Assembly (NCBI GenBank): GCA_964560025.1
Contig: CAZLKC010000002.1
Coordinates: 109,443-173,442, forward strand
DNA length: 64,000 bases
From: an uncultured Dehalococcoidia bacterium
GTDB taxonomy: Bacteria > Chloroflexota > Dehalococcoidia > Lucifugimonadales > Australimonadaceae
Direction: 5' to 3'
Made by a program: the position numbers and the translations under genes. This document shows positions 48,428 to 58,366 of this stretch, in pieces. The number at the start of each line of letters is the position of its first letter. Position 1 is the stretch's first letter. Below the pieces are notes generated by a model that saw only the letters and a program-made list of their open reading frames with translations, did no database searches and was not told where the DNA came from.

Positions 48428-48433
48428 GCGCCT

Positions 48434-48754
48434 ATGACGACCAAGAAACAGGTCGGGGCCGAAGAGGTCACGGACGCGCTGAAGGACGTCTACGACCCGG
48501 AGATTCCGGTCAACATCGTAGACCTGGGGCTGGTGTACGACGTGGACGTGGACGCGGGGAGCAACGTGAGCGTGAAGATGACGCTCACCGCCGCCGGGTG
48601 CGGGATGGGCCCCTTCATCGCGCAGCAGGCGGAGTGGGCGGTGGCGGACGTGGAGGGGGTGAACGACGTGAGCGTCGAGGTGGTCTTCGAGCCGCCGTGG
48701 AGTCCCGACCGCATCTCCGAAGAGGGCAAGAAGCTCCTCGGCCTCGACGACTAG
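48434..48754 (+). CDS. DUF59/SufT-like Fe-S assembly domain protein
   Basis: DVYDPEIPVNIVDLGLVY...MTLTAAGCGMGP typical of the DUF59 (PaaD-like) family. Confidence 0.85.
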   Translation: MTTKKQVGAEEVTDALKDVYDPEIPVNIVDLGLVYDVDVDAGSNVSVKMTLTAAGCGMGPFIAQQAEWAVADVEGVNDVSVEVVFEPPWSPDRISEEGKKLLGLDD

Positions 48755-48852
48755 CGCCCCGCCCGGCGTTCCCGCTCCATCGTTCGGAGAACCGGGCCGC
48801 GCAAACGCCCCGGGCGGCGCTTGGGTCAGCCGAATCAGGAGGCAGCCGCGCG

Positions 48853-49704
48853 ATGCAGCAGCAGATGACCGAGGAGCAGCGGCAGGCGCGGCTGGCGCAG
48901 ATCAAGCGCCAGTGGGAGCAGCGGCGCCAGATTGGCCGCTCCCTAGGCCGGATCAAGACCAAGGTCGGCGTCTACAGCGGCAAGGGCGGCGTCGGCAAGA
49001 CCACCGTCGCCGTCAACCTCGCCGCCTACCTGGCCAAACAGGGCTACCAGGTCGGCCTCCTCGACGCGGACATCGATTGCCCCAACGCCCACAAGGTGCT
49101 CGGCGTAACGGAGCGCCCCCTGGTTGAGGACGGTCGCTTGACCCCGCCGCAGAAGGACGGCGTCAAGGTGGTCTCTATGGCTTTCTTCCAAGAGAACGAG
49201 GACGAGGCCATCATCTGGCGCGGCCCGATGATCCACAACGCCATCAACCAGTTCCTCCAGATGACCGATTGGGGCGACCTCGACTTCCTGGTCGTGGATA
49301 TGCCGCCCGGCACCTCCGATGCCCCGCTCACGGTGATGCAGGTGCTGTCGATGGACGGGTTCGTCGTGGTTACCACGCCTCAGGCGCTGGCGGCTATGGA
49401 CGCCAAGCGCTCCATCAACATGATCCGCAAGCTCAACGTGAACGTGCTGGGCGTGGTCGAGAACTTCAGCGGCGAGGTCTTCGGCTTCGGCGCGGGCCGC
49501 GACCTCGCCGAGGAGCTGGCGCTGCCCTACCTGGGCGCCGTGGCGCTGCGCTCCGGCTACAAGGACCAGGCGCGCGCGCCGGTCTTGTCGCTGGCGGAAG
49601 TGGAGGAGGAGTACGCCGCCGTTTGGTCTGGCGCGCGCGCCCAACTCGAGCGCCTCGAGCGCCTGCCGGAGCAGATCGCCTCCGTCGAGGCGGCGGAGGG
49701 CTAG
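48853..49704 (+). CDS. Mrp/NBP35-family P-loop ATPase (Fe-S cluster carrier-like), lacking the CxxC motif
   Basis: GKGGVGKTT deviant Walker A, DMPPGTSD. ATG 48853 preceded by AGGAGG. After ENFSG, where CxxC normally sits, the sequence continues EVFGFGAG. Confidence 0.82.
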   Translation: MQQQMTEEQRQARLAQIKRQWEQRRQIGRSLGRIKTKVGVYSGKGGVGKTTVAVNLAAYLAKQGYQVGLLDADIDCPNAHKVLGVTERPLVEDGRLTPPQKDGVKVVSMAFFQENEDEAIIWRGPMIHNAINQFLQMTDWGDLDFLVVDMPPGTSDAPLTVMQVLSMDGFVVVTTPQALAAMDAKRSINMIRKLNVNVLGVVENFSGEVFGFGAGRDLAEELALPYLGAVALRSGYKDQARAPVLSLAEVEEEYAAVWSGARAQLERLERLPEQIASVEAAEG

Positions 49705-50999
49705 GCGCCCGCGGGCGTAGGCGCTGGCGCGACCGCGTCCTGCGTGCGGAGGGGCCGCGCAAGATAGACGAGGCCCGCGGCCACCAGCCAGTTGATGAAC
49801 ATGATCCAGTACGCCCACTCGTACCCGCCCAGGGTGTCGTGGACGAACGCTATCCACCACGGACCCGCGGCCGCCGCGTAGAGTGAAGGAGTGGCGAAGT
49901 AGGCGCGGATGGCGCCCAGGTTGCACCGGCCGAAGTAGTCGGCCCAGATGAGCGCCTGGATCGACACGAACCCCCCGAGGCTGAGCCCTGCGAGCGCCGC
50001 ATACAGCATCGCCATCCACAGGGTTGTCGCGTTCAGGAGGATGAGGAGCGGCAGACCCGTCACCACGCAGGCGAACAGGAACACGCGCCTGATGTGGACG
50101 CGCTCCGCCGCCAGCCCCCACACGATGCGGCCCACGATGGCGAACAGGCCGTAGGTCGAGACGGCGAGGCGCGCCGATTCGCTGGACAGGCCCGAGTCCT
50201 GGTAGTGGTTGATCCAACTCGACCCCAGCCCCTGGAGCGACCCCGAGATAATGATGGTGGCGGCCATCAGGAGCCAGGTCGTCGGTGAACGCAGCGCCTC
50301 GCCCACACTGAAGCTAACGTCGCGCGCAGCCGTGGGCTGGCCGCGAGGCGACGCCGGGGCGCGCGCACCGTCGGGGAGCAAGCCGATGTCCTCCGGCTCG
50401 CGCCGCACCAGCATGGCGATGGGGACCATGATGACGAACATGATGACCCCGGTGACGAACCAGGCGGGGCGCCAGCCGAGTCCGTCCACCAGCAGGCCGA
50501 CGTAGAGGGGCGCGGTCAGTGCGGCAAGGGACGAGCCCATCGATCCGAAGGCGACGGCGCGGCCCCGCTTCGTGACGAACCACTTGGGGACCAGCGCCTG
50601 GTAGAGGCCTCCGCCGGCGCCACCGGCGCCAAGCCCGCCCAGGATGGCGAAGACGAGATAGTACTGGAAGACGTTCTGGACGGCGGCGACCAGCATGAGG
50701 GAGGTCGCGTAGACGACGCTGGTGGAGACCATCAGAATGAGGGGCCAACGGGGCTTGTCCATCAGGCGGCTCATGAAGGGCATGAGGCCCACGCCGATGA
50801 GCATCCGCACGGCAACGGCGCCAAAGAGGGTGCCGCGGCTCCAACCGAGCTCCTCCTCCATTGGCACGACGAACACACCGAAGGCCCAGGTGGTGGGGCC
50901 CGCGACCGCCATCACGGCCAGGAACTGCGCGCCGACGATGAGCCAGCCGTAGTAGAAGGGAAGCCGTTGGGCGAAGGCCTCTGTCCGGGAGGTGGTCAT
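49701..50999 (-). CDS. MFS transporter
   Basis: 12-TM pattern. 4-nt convergent overlap with the Mrp gene end. Confidence 0.8.
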   Translation of the reverse strand: MTTSRTEAFAQRLPFYYGWLIVGAQFLAVMAVAGPTTWAFGVFVVPMEEELGWSRGTLFGAVAVRMLIGVGLMPFMSRLMDKPRWPLILMVSTSVVYATSLMLVAAVQNVFQYYLVFAILGGLGAGGAGGGLYQALVPKWFVTKRGRAVAFGSMGSSLAALTAPLYVGLLVDGLGWRPAWFVTGVIMFVIMVPIAMLVRREPEDIGLLPDGARAPASPRGQPTAARDVSFSVGEALRSPTTWLLMAATIIISGSLQGLGSSWINHYQDSGLSSESARLAVSTYGLFAIVGRIVWGLAAERVHIRRVFLFACVVTGLPLLILLNATTLWMAMLYAALAGLSLGGFVSIQALIWADYFGRCNLGAIRAYFATPSLYAAAAGPWWIAFVHDTLGGYEWAYWIMFINWLVAAGLVYLARPLRTQDAVAPAPTPAGA

Positions 51000-51040
51000 C
51001 GGAGGTCCGATGGTACACCCGACTGCTAGGGAAGGACAGA

Positions 51041-53353
51041 CTAGTCGTCGTCGGGCGTGTAGATGACGGGGCGCGGCTTGCCGGGCTCGGCGGCGGCGCC
51101 GACGACGCCCTCGTCCTCCAGCTGGTCCATCAGCCGCGCGGCGCGGGGATAGCCGATGCGCAGGCGGCGTTGCAGGAGCGAGGTGGATAGCTGACGGTTC
51201 GTAGCGGCCAACTGGATGGCGCGCTGCAGCAGCGTGTCCTCGCCGCCGTTGCTCAAATCCTCGTCCCCGCCGTTGGCGCCCAGGCCCGCGCTCTCCGCCT
51301 CGATGGCCAGAGCGTCCAGGTCGATAGCCGGAACGGAAGGGCCGTTCTGCATGCGCCAGTGGTTCGCCAGCACCGCCGACTCGTCGTCGCTGATGTAGAC
51401 GCCCTGGACGCGTCGGGGCTTGGCGGCGTCGGCGGACAGGAAGAGCATGTCTCCCCTGCCCAGCAGGCGCTCCGCGCCGGCGGAGTCGAGGATAGTGCGC
51501 GAGTCGATCTGCGACGCCACAGCGAAGGAGATGCGGCTGGGCAGGTTGGTCTTGATGAGGCCGGTGACCACGTCCACAGAGGGGCGTTGGGTGGCGACGA
51601 TGAGGTGGATGCCCGTGGCGCGCCCCAGCTGCGCGAGGCGGCAGATGCCTTGCTCCACGTCGAAGGATGAGGTCATCATCAAGTCGGCCAGTTCGTCGAT
51701 GCAGATGATGAGGTAGGGCATATGCTCGACGGCTTTGGAGCTCTGGTTGTAGGACTTGATGTTGCGCACGCCCGCTTCTTCCAGCAGCTTGTAGCGCCGC
51801 AGCATCTCCTGAATCGCGCCGCGCAGGAGGCGCACCACCCGGTCGGGTTCCACTACTACCGGAGTCACTAGGTGCGGGATGCCGTTGTAGGGGGTCAGCT
51901 CCACCCGCTTGGGGTCGATCAGCACCATGCGGACGTCTTTCGGCTGCTGGCTCATGATGAGCGAGCAGATGATGGTGTTCATGCAGACGCTCTTGCCGCT
52001 GCCGGTGGCGCCGGCGATGAGGAGGTGCGGCATCTTCAGCAGGTCGATGACCATCGGCTCGCCGGCGGACGCCTGGCCTAGCGCGATGGCTAGCCCGCCG
52101 CCGTTGGTGACGGCCTTGTATTCGTCCGATTCGATGACGGAGCGCATAGAGACGGGCGTCGAACTGCGGTTAGGCACCTCCACGCCGACGACCGATTCGC
52201 CGGGCACGGGCGCCTCGATGCGCAGACTGGGCGCCGCTAGCGCGAGCGCGAGGTCCTTCTCACGGGCGAGGATGGCGTCGACGCGGACGCGGTTGCGCAT
52301 CTCCGGCTCGCCCTGCTGGCCGTCCTTGCCGCGCCGCGTTTGGCGATTCCAGCCCGGCACCAGGCCGTACATCGTTACGGTGGGGCCGGGGCGCACCTCG
52401 GCCACTTGCACCTCCACACGGTGCTGCGACAGCGTCTCCTCGATGAGGCGCGCGACGGTGGTCTGCTCCTTGTTGCTCACTGTGGGCGCGCGGGCTTCGA
52501 CCAGCACGTCCGCCCGGGGCAGGATCCAGTCCTTCGACGGTTCGGCGCGCTGCTTGACGGGGGCAGGTTCTTTCTGCGGCTCTTCGGCCTCGCCGCCCTC
52601 CGCGTCCGTTTCGTTAAGTAGTTCGTCAAGCTCAGCGTCCCAGTCCTTGTGGCCGTTCGCGGCTGCGTCCGCCGTTCCATGAGGCCAACTGCCGTTGCCG
52701 TTGGCGGCGGCGTGGTCGGCGGCCTGCTGATGCGCCGCCGCCGCGCGCCGTTCGGCGCGGGCGGCGCGGTATGCGCCGACCGCGGCGCTCAGATCGCGCC
52801 AGCCTTGGCGCGTGGCGCGACCCGCCGCGCGACCCGCGCGCTCGGACGTGCGCACGGTCCAGACACTGCTGACGGCTGCGCCCTTGGCCGCGCCTTTGGC
52901 GGAGTGCTTGGCCATTCGCTGCGAGAGCACGGGGTGGAGCGTCCACGCGGCGGCGGCGAACGCAACGGCGGCGCCCGCCCAGGCGATGACGGCGTTGTTA
53001 GCGGAGAGGTCGAAGCCCACGTCGCCGCCTAGGTTGGCGGTCCCGATGAGGGGCAGCGGTGCTTCGAAGCCGGTCATAGCCAGCTGCGCGCTCAGGAAGA
53101 GGAAGGCGAAGCCCACCGCCCATCGCCACTTGCGCAGCAGCAGGCGTGGGAAGTAGCGCAGCAGCACGACCATGACCACTGCCCAGAGGCCGAAGGTGAA
53201 CAGCCCGGCGCCCATCGAAGTCAAGGCGCTCTCCGCTGCGTTCCGCAGCGGGTCGATGGCCCAGGCGGGCCTTGTGACGCCTACGGCGATGGCCGCTAAG
53301 ACGACGAGGACAGCCAGGAGCCTGGCGATGCCGATGGCGCGCAGTGCCTTCAT
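51041..53353 (-). CDS. ftsK: DNA translocase FtsK
   Basis: N-terminal TM helices, long linker, motor domain with GATGSGKS Walker A, C-terminal gamma wHTH (RLRIGYPRAARLMDQLE). Confidence 0.93.
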   Translation of the reverse strand: MKALRAIGIARLLAVLVVLAAIAVGVTRPAWAIDPLRNAAESALTSMGAGLFTFGLWAVVMVVLLRYFPRLLLRKWRWAVGFAFLFLSAQLAMTGFEAPLPLIGTANLGGDVGFDLSANNAVIAWAGAAVAFAAAAWTLHPVLSQRMAKHSAKGAAKGAAVSSVWTVRTSERAGRAAGRATRQGWRDLSAAVGAYRAARAERRAAAAHQQAADHAAANGNGSWPHGTADAAANGHKDWDAELDELLNETDAEGGEAEEPQKEPAPVKQRAEPSKDWILPRADVLVEARAPTVSNKEQTTVARLIEETLSQHRVEVQVAEVRPGPTVTMYGLVPGWNRQTRRGKDGQQGEPEMRNRVRVDAILAREKDLALALAAPSLRIEAPVPGESVVGVEVPNRSSTPVSMRSVIESDEYKAVTNGGGLAIALGQASAGEPMVIDLLKMPHLLIAGATGSGKSVCMNTIICSLIMSQQPKDVRMVLIDPKRVELTPYNGIPHLVTPVVVEPDRVVRLLRGAIQEMLRRYKLLEEAGVRNIKSYNQSSKAVEHMPYLIICIDELADLMMTSSFDVEQGICRLAQLGRATGIHLIVATQRPSVDVVTGLIKTNLPSRISFAVASQIDSRTILDSAGAERLLGRGDMLFLSADAAKPRRVQGVYISDDESAVLANHWRMQNGPSVPAIDLDALAIEAESAGLGANGGDEDLSNGGEDTLLQRAIQLAATNRQLSTSLLQRRLRIGYPRAARLMDQLEDEGVVGAAAEPGKPRPVIYTPDDD

Positions 53354-53437
53354 AGGTTCAGCGTGGGCCGCGCTCCCGCCTTTGCGGAGCGCTCCGGCGG
53401 CGCTTGGCGCTCTAGGGCGCCGCAGCGCTGATTCGAA

Positions 53438-55102
53438 TCACACTTCCACGGGCGCCGGGATGATCATCGGACGCCGTCCCGTCTCCTGATGGAAGTATGC
53501 GCCGAGGGTCTCCCGGGCGAGTCGGCTCACCTCCTCCAACTCTAGGCGTTGGCCGGCGCTGTTCGCCAGTGAGTTGGCTAGCAGATCGGAGGCTTGCCGA
53601 CTGAGTTCCTCGGCGTGGCCCGGCTCCGCAAAGCCGTGCGTGACCACCTCAATCGGCCCGGCCAACCTGCCCGCCGCGCCGTCGATGGGCACGATCACAA
53701 CGACGAACCCCTCGCTGCCCAGGCGCTGGCGGTCGCGCAGCACCACGCTCCGCACGTCGAACCTGTCCGCGCCGTCCACGTAGACGTGCCCTGCCGGGAC
53801 GCGCTCCGCCACTCCGGCCCCGGCCTCGTCCAACTCCAGCACGTCGCCGTCTTCCAGCACGAAGACGTTGTCCGGCTCTACGCCCACCTCCTCCGCCAAG
53901 GCGGCGTGAGCGGCGAGCATGCGGTATTCGCCGTGTATGGGGACGAAGTAGCGCGGCTTGACCAGGCTGAGGATGAGCTTGAGCTCCTCCTGGCTGGCGT
54001 GGCCTTGCACGTGCACTTGGGCAGAGCGGGACGTTACTACGCGCACTCCCTGGCGCACGAGGTTGTCGATGGCGGCGGCGACGGCCGATTCGTTGCCCGG
54101 GATGGTTGAGGCGGAGAGGACGACGGTGTCGTCCTCGCGCGCTTTGATGTCGCGGTGGCGCTGGCTGGCGATGCGCACGAGCACGGACATCGGCTCGCCC
54201 TGTGCGCCGGTCAGCATCACCGTCTGCTCCCAGGGCGGGTAGGCGTCGAGGTCTTGCAGTTCGACGATCGTGCCGCTGGGCGCGCGTAGGTAGCCCTTGG
54301 CGAAGGCCATAGCCGCGTTGTTGGTCATCGAGCGTCCGACGAAGGCGACCTTGCGCCCGTCGTTCACCGCCGCGTCGATGACCTGCTGGACGCGGGAGAT
54401 GAGGGACGCGAAGGTGGCGACGAGCACGCGCCCCGGCGCCTCGGCGAAGGCGTGGCGCAACGCAGGGCTGACGACCTGCTCGGACGGCGTATGCCCCGGC
54501 CGTTCGGCGTAGGTGGAGTCGGACAGCAGCAGCAGCACGCCCTCCTGGCCTAGTTCGCCGATGCGGCGGAGGTCGGCTTGGCGTCCGTCGACGGGAGTGT
54601 GGTCGATCTTGAAGTCGCCGGTGTGCAGCACCAATCCCGCCGGCGTGCGCAGCGCGATGGCGCAGGCGTCGGGGATGCTGTGGCACATATGCAGGTACTC
54701 GGCCTCGATGTCCCCCAGTGGGATGCGGTCGCCGGGGAGCGCCTCGTTGAGGCTGACGGAGGAGAGGGCGCGGTGCTCCTGGAGTTTGACGCGGATCAGG
54801 TTGAGCGCGAGCGGGGGCGCGTAGACGGGGACCCGCAGGTCGTGCAGCAGGAAGGGGAGGGCGCCGATGTGGTCTTCGTGGCCGTGGGTGATGAGGACGG
54901 CGCGGACGCGCTCCTTGCGCTCGATGAGGTACGCCGCGTCGGGCAGCACCAGGTCTACGCCCGGCATATCGGCCTTGGGGAACATCACGCCCGCGTCGAT
55001 GACGACGATGTCGTCGCCGCACTCGACAGCGAGCATGTTCTTGCCCACTTCCCCGAGGCCGCCGAGGGGGATGACGCGCAGCGGCGCGCCTGCGCGCGTC
55101 AC
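53438..55102 (-). CDS. rnj: Ribonuclease J
   Basis: Metallo-beta-lactamase HGHEDH motif, beta-CASP and C-terminal domains, 554 aa. Confidence 0.92.
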   Translation of the reverse strand: MTRAGAPLRVIPLGGLGEVGKNMLAVECGDDIVVIDAGVMFPKADMPGVDLVLPDAAYLIERKERVRAVLITHGHEDHIGALPFLLHDLRVPVYAPPLALNLIRVKLQEHRALSSVSLNEALPGDRIPLGDIEAEYLHMCHSIPDACAIALRTPAGLVLHTGDFKIDHTPVDGRQADLRRIGELGQEGVLLLLSDSTYAERPGHTPSEQVVSPALRHAFAEAPGRVLVATFASLISRVQQVIDAAVNDGRKVAFVGRSMTNNAAMAFAKGYLRAPSGTIVELQDLDAYPPWEQTVMLTGAQGEPMSVLVRIASQRHRDIKAREDDTVVLSASTIPGNESAVAAAIDNLVRQGVRVVTSRSAQVHVQGHASQEELKLILSLVKPRYFVPIHGEYRMLAAHAALAEEVGVEPDNVFVLEDGDVLELDEAGAGVAERVPAGHVYVDGADRFDVRSVVLRDRQRLGSEGFVVVIVPIDGAAGRLAGPIEVVTHGFAEPGHAEELSRQASDLLANSLANSAGQRLELEEVSRLARETLGAYFHQETGRRPMIIPAPVEV

Positions 55103-55141
55103 GCCCTCACCGGAGCGGCGCGGAGAGCGGTGGCGGCGACG

Positions 55142-55831
55142 CTAGAGGAGGTGGGGTTGCTGGGTTTCACTGTGCTCTTGGGGAGCAGCGGGCGCGGGGC
55201 GCTCGCCCGGCGCGGAGGCGGACTGTTGTTGGTCGAGCAGAGAGGTCGAGGGTTGCGGATCGGCGGCGGGCGAAGGCGGCACGCCTACGCCTTTGAGCAG
55301 GTCGCCGATCTTGCGGAAGTCGTCGACGATGGTGGAGCGCAGGTTGCCGTTGTGCAGGGCGGCTGCGGGGTGGTAGAGGGGCAGCACCGTCGCGTCGCCG
55401 AAGCGCTTGGGCTTGGCGCGGAGTTTGCTGATGGTCTCCCTCGGGAACCAACGCGCCAGGGCGTGGCGGCCTAATGGGACGATGATGTCGGGGTTTATCG
55501 CCTCGATCTGCTCGTCCATATAGCCGGAGCAGGCGGCGATCTCGCCTGGGAAGGGGTCGCGGTTGTTGGGCGGCCTGCACTTGACCATATTGGTGATGAA
55601 GACATCCTCGCGGCGCAGGCCGATGGATTCGAGGAGTTCGTTGAGGAACTGGCCTGCGGGGCCGACGAACGGGCGGCCTTGGCGGTCTTCGTTGAAGCCG
55701 GGTCCCTCGCCGACGAACATCACGCGGGCGTTGGGCGAGCCCTCGCCCGGCACGGCGTTGGCGCGCGCCTTGTGGAGCGCGCAGGCCGTGCACGTCATGA
55801 TGGCGCGGTGGGTCGCCTCCAAGTCTGCCAT
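55142..55831 (-). CDS. Family 4 uracil-DNA glycosylase with Pro/Gln-rich C-terminal extension
   Basis: CTAC...GEGPG..ED..G.PFVG.AG, VKCRPP, Fe-S Cys pattern. Confidence 0.88.
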   Translation of the reverse strand: MADLEATHRAIMTCTACALHKARANAVPGEGSPNARVMFVGEGPGFNEDRQGRPFVGPAGQFLNELLESIGLRREDVFITNMVKCRPPNNRDPFPGEIAACSGYMDEQIEAINPDIIVPLGRHALARWFPRETISKLRAKPKRFGDATVLPLYHPAAALHNGNLRSTIVDDFRKIGDLLKGVGVPPSPAADPQPSTSLLDQQQSASAPGERPAPAAPQEHSETQQPHLL

Positions 55832-55875
55832 TCTTCTCTGCTCCGCCCGCCTTTGGGGACGCGCCTAACGCGCGG

Positions 55876-56133
55876 CTAGTCGGAGAAGCCTTTGGACTTG
55901 ATGAAGTCTACGGCGTCTTGGATGGTGCGGATGTTCTCCGCGTCGCTGTCGGCGATCTTCAGCGGCTCGTCCCCGTCCGAGAACTCCTCCTCGAACTGCA
56001 TGATGAGTTCGACGAGGTCGAGGGAGTCGGCGTTGAGGTCGTCGACGAAGGAGGCTTCGAGGGTTACGGCGGCCTCGTCGGCGCCGAGGCGGTCTACGAC
56101 GACCTTCTGCACTCGTTCGAATACCGTTGCCAT
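55876..56133 (-). CDS. acpP: Acyl carrier protein
   Basis: [14 protein letters not shown] phosphopantetheine Ser motif. ATG 56133 (MATVFERV). The ORF track extends to 56295. Confidence 0.9.
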   Translation of the reverse strand: MATVFERVQKVVVDRLGADEAAVTLEASFVDDLNADSLDLVELIMQFEEEFSDGDEPLKIADSDAENIRTIQDAVDFIKSKGFSD

Positions 56134-56150
56134 GCGGTTCTCCTGGTTCG

Positions 56151-56606
56151 CTAGGTGTCCGATGCGTCGTGCGGGGCTGCTGCGGCGCTGCCCAGCACGC
56201 CGTTGATGAAGCGGGGCGACGCCTCGCTGCCGTAGGTCTTCGCCAACTCCACTGCTTCGTTTATCACGACGCGCTCCGGCGTGTCGCCGCTCCACAGCTC
56301 ATAGAGCGCGAGCCGCAGCACGTTCCTGTCCACGACGGCCAGTTGCTCGACTGGCCACGCGGGCGCGAAGCGGGCGATGGCGGCGTCCAACTCCGGCAGG
56401 CTGTCCAGCACGCCCTCCAGCTGTCGCTCGGCGAAGGGCGCCGACTGCGCCGACCAGCGGGTCGACGCGCACTGGCGCTCCAACGAGGTGCGCCAGTCGT
56501 GGCGGGTCACGTCCCACTCGTAGAGGACGCGCAGGGCGAGGACGCGCCCTCGATGCTGGGCGCCGCCGGGCTTGGCGCGTGGCGCTTCTGTGGAGTTGGC
56601 GGGCAT
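56151..56606 (-). CDS. nusB: Transcription antitermination factor NusB
   Basis: [40 protein letters not shown]. Confidence 0.88.
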   Translation of the reverse strand: MPANSTEAPRAKPGGAQHRGRVLALRVLYEWDVTRHDWRTSLERQCASTRWSAQSAPFAERQLEGVLDSLPELDAAIARFAPAWPVEQLAVVDRNVLRLALYELWSGDTPERVVINEAVELAKTYGSEASPRFINGVLGSAAAAPHDASDT

Positions 56607-56648
56607 ATCGCGTCGGCCCGGCGCGGGAGCGCGGCGGGCGCGGCTAGA

Positions 56649-57575
56649 TTACGCGAGCGCTCGTACTCCGTCTAGGCCTGACACGTTGGTGGTCGGGGCG
56701 CCGGGGATGATCCTGCGCGCGAGGGCGGTCAGCGTCTTGCCCGGCCCGAACTCGATGAAGCGCGCGGCGCCGCGATCGCCCATAAGCTCCATAGATGCGC
56801 GCCACAGCACGGGGGCGCACACCTGCTCGGCCAGTTCGGCGCGCACCTCCTCCGGCTCCGTCATCGGCGCCGCCGTTGCGTTCGCTATGACGGGGCAGCG
56901 GGGAGGGGCGATCCGCACGGCGCGCAGTTCCTCCGCGAGCGCTTGCTGCGCAGGGCGCATCACTTCGGAATGGAACGCGCCCGCCACGTCGAGGGGAATG
57001 ACGCGGCGCGCGCCCCGCTGTTCGGCCAGGGCGCTTGCGCGGCGCAGAGCGTCGTTGGGCGCTGCGATGACGATCTGCTCGGCGCTGTTGACGTTGGCGG
57101 CTTGCGCGCCGGTTTCGGCGCAGACGGCCTCCACTTCCTCGAGCGGCAGGCCGAGCACGGCGGCCATGCCGCTGGGGGTCGCTTCCGCCGCCGCTTGCAT
57201 CAACTCACCGCGCCTGCGCACGAGGCGCACCGCGTCGGCGAGGTTGAGCGCTCCGGCGGCGACGAGGGCGGTGTACTCGCCGAGGCTGTGTCCGGCGGCG
57301 AAGGCGGGCTCGGGAAAGGCCGCGCCCATATGCTCTTGGGCGGCGCGCAGGCAGGCGACGCTCGCGGCGAGGATGGCGGGCTGGGCGTTGTGGGAGAGGG
57401 TGAGCGCCTCGGCAGGGCCGTTGAAGGCGATATCGCTGAGGCGTTCGCCCAGGGCGTCGTCCGCCTCGTCGAAGACGGCGCGGGCGGCGGGAGACGCGCC
57501 GTAGAGGTCGGCGGCCATGCCGACGCTCTGGGCTCCTTGGCCGGGGAAGAGGAAGGCCGCGGTTGCGCCGCTCAT
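56649..57575 (-). CDS. fabD: ACP S-malonyltransferase
   Basis: FLFPGQGAQ, GHSLGEY active-site Ser, VAGAFHS. Confidence 0.92.
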   Translation of the reverse strand: MSGATAAFLFPGQGAQSVGMAADLYGASPAARAVFDEADDALGERLSDIAFNGPAEALTLSHNAQPAILAASVACLRAAQEHMGAAFPEPAFAAGHSLGEYTALVAAGALNLADAVRLVRRRGELMQAAAEATPSGMAAVLGLPLEEVEAVCAETGAQAANVNSAEQIVIAAPNDALRRASALAEQRGARRVIPLDVAGAFHSEVMRPAQQALAEELRAVRIAPPRCPVIANATAAPMTEPEEVRAELAEQVCAPVLWRASMELMGDRGAARFIEFGPGKTLTALARRIIPGAPTTNVSGLDGVRALA

Positions 57576-57582
57576 ACGGCGG

Positions 57583-57774
57583 CTAGGCGTTGGCGGTCTC
57601 GATTTCGAGCACGTCTCGGCCGCGGTAGTAGCCGCAGGCGGGGCAGACGCGGTGGGCCATCATCGGGCGATGGCAGTGGGGGCACTCGACGATGGCCGCG
57701 TTCTTGACGGCGTTGTGGGCGCGGTGGGCGCCCTTGCTGGCCTTGGAGCGCTTGCGCTTGGGCAGAGGAGGCAT
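57583..57774 (-). CDS. rpmF: 50S ribosomal protein L32
   Basis: PKRKRSKA, with CPHC...CPACG zinc ribbon. Confidence 0.9.
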   Translation of the reverse strand: MPPLPKRKRSKASKGAHRAHNAVKNAAIVECPHCHRPMMAHRVCPACGYYRGRDVLEIETANA

Positions 57775-57823
57775 AGGGTTTCTCCGTGGGGGCGCTCGCG
57801 GCGGAGCGCCAGAGTAGGGTCGC

Positions 57824-58339
57824 TTACGCGAACAGTTCCTTGAGGGCGGCCCATCGGGGGTCGGCCTCCGGTTCGCACGCGCAAGCGTCTTCGTTGGCGT
57901 TGGCGCCGCAGGCGGGGCAGAGGCCCGCGCAGTCGTCGCGGCAGACGGGGGCGATGGGCATAGCGGCGAGGCGGTTCTGGCGGATGGCCTCCGCGAAGTC
58001 GGTCTCGTGGTGCGCGTCGATGAGGAAGGCGCCGTCGTCTTCAGGCGAGTAAGAGATGCGGCGGCCGCTCTGAACGTCCACGCTTGGCAGGTACTCTTCG
58101 TCCACTCGGAGGCGCGCCCACGACGCGAAGGGCGTCAGGCAGCGCCCGCACTCGGCATCGTAGGTTACGCGCGCGGGGCCGGACACCCACACGCCGCGCG
58201 AGGTGCGAGTGAGCTTGAACGCGGCGGCAACGTGGCCTTGGGGCAGGCCGTCGGCCTCCCACAGGCCCTGGTAGTCGAAGTTCCTGACGGCGCCGACGTT
58301 CTCTTTGAGAAGTCCGGCAAGGTTGACGCGAAGGCTCAT
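57824..58339 (-). CDS. DUF177 (YceD-family) protein
   Basis: Conserved position upstream of rpmF. C-terminal CRDDCAGLCPACGANANEDACAC. Confidence 0.85.
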   Translation of the reverse strand: MSLRVNLAGLLKENVGAVRNFDYQGLWEADGLPQGHVAAAFKLTRTSRGVWVSGPARVTYDAECGRCLTPFASWARLRVDEEYLPSVDVQSGRRISYSPEDDGAFLIDAHHETDFAEAIRQNRLAAMPIAPVCRDDCAGLCPACGANANEDACACEPEADPRWAALKELFA

Positions 58340-58366
58340 AACCGCTCCGTGCGCTTGGCGTTCCGC

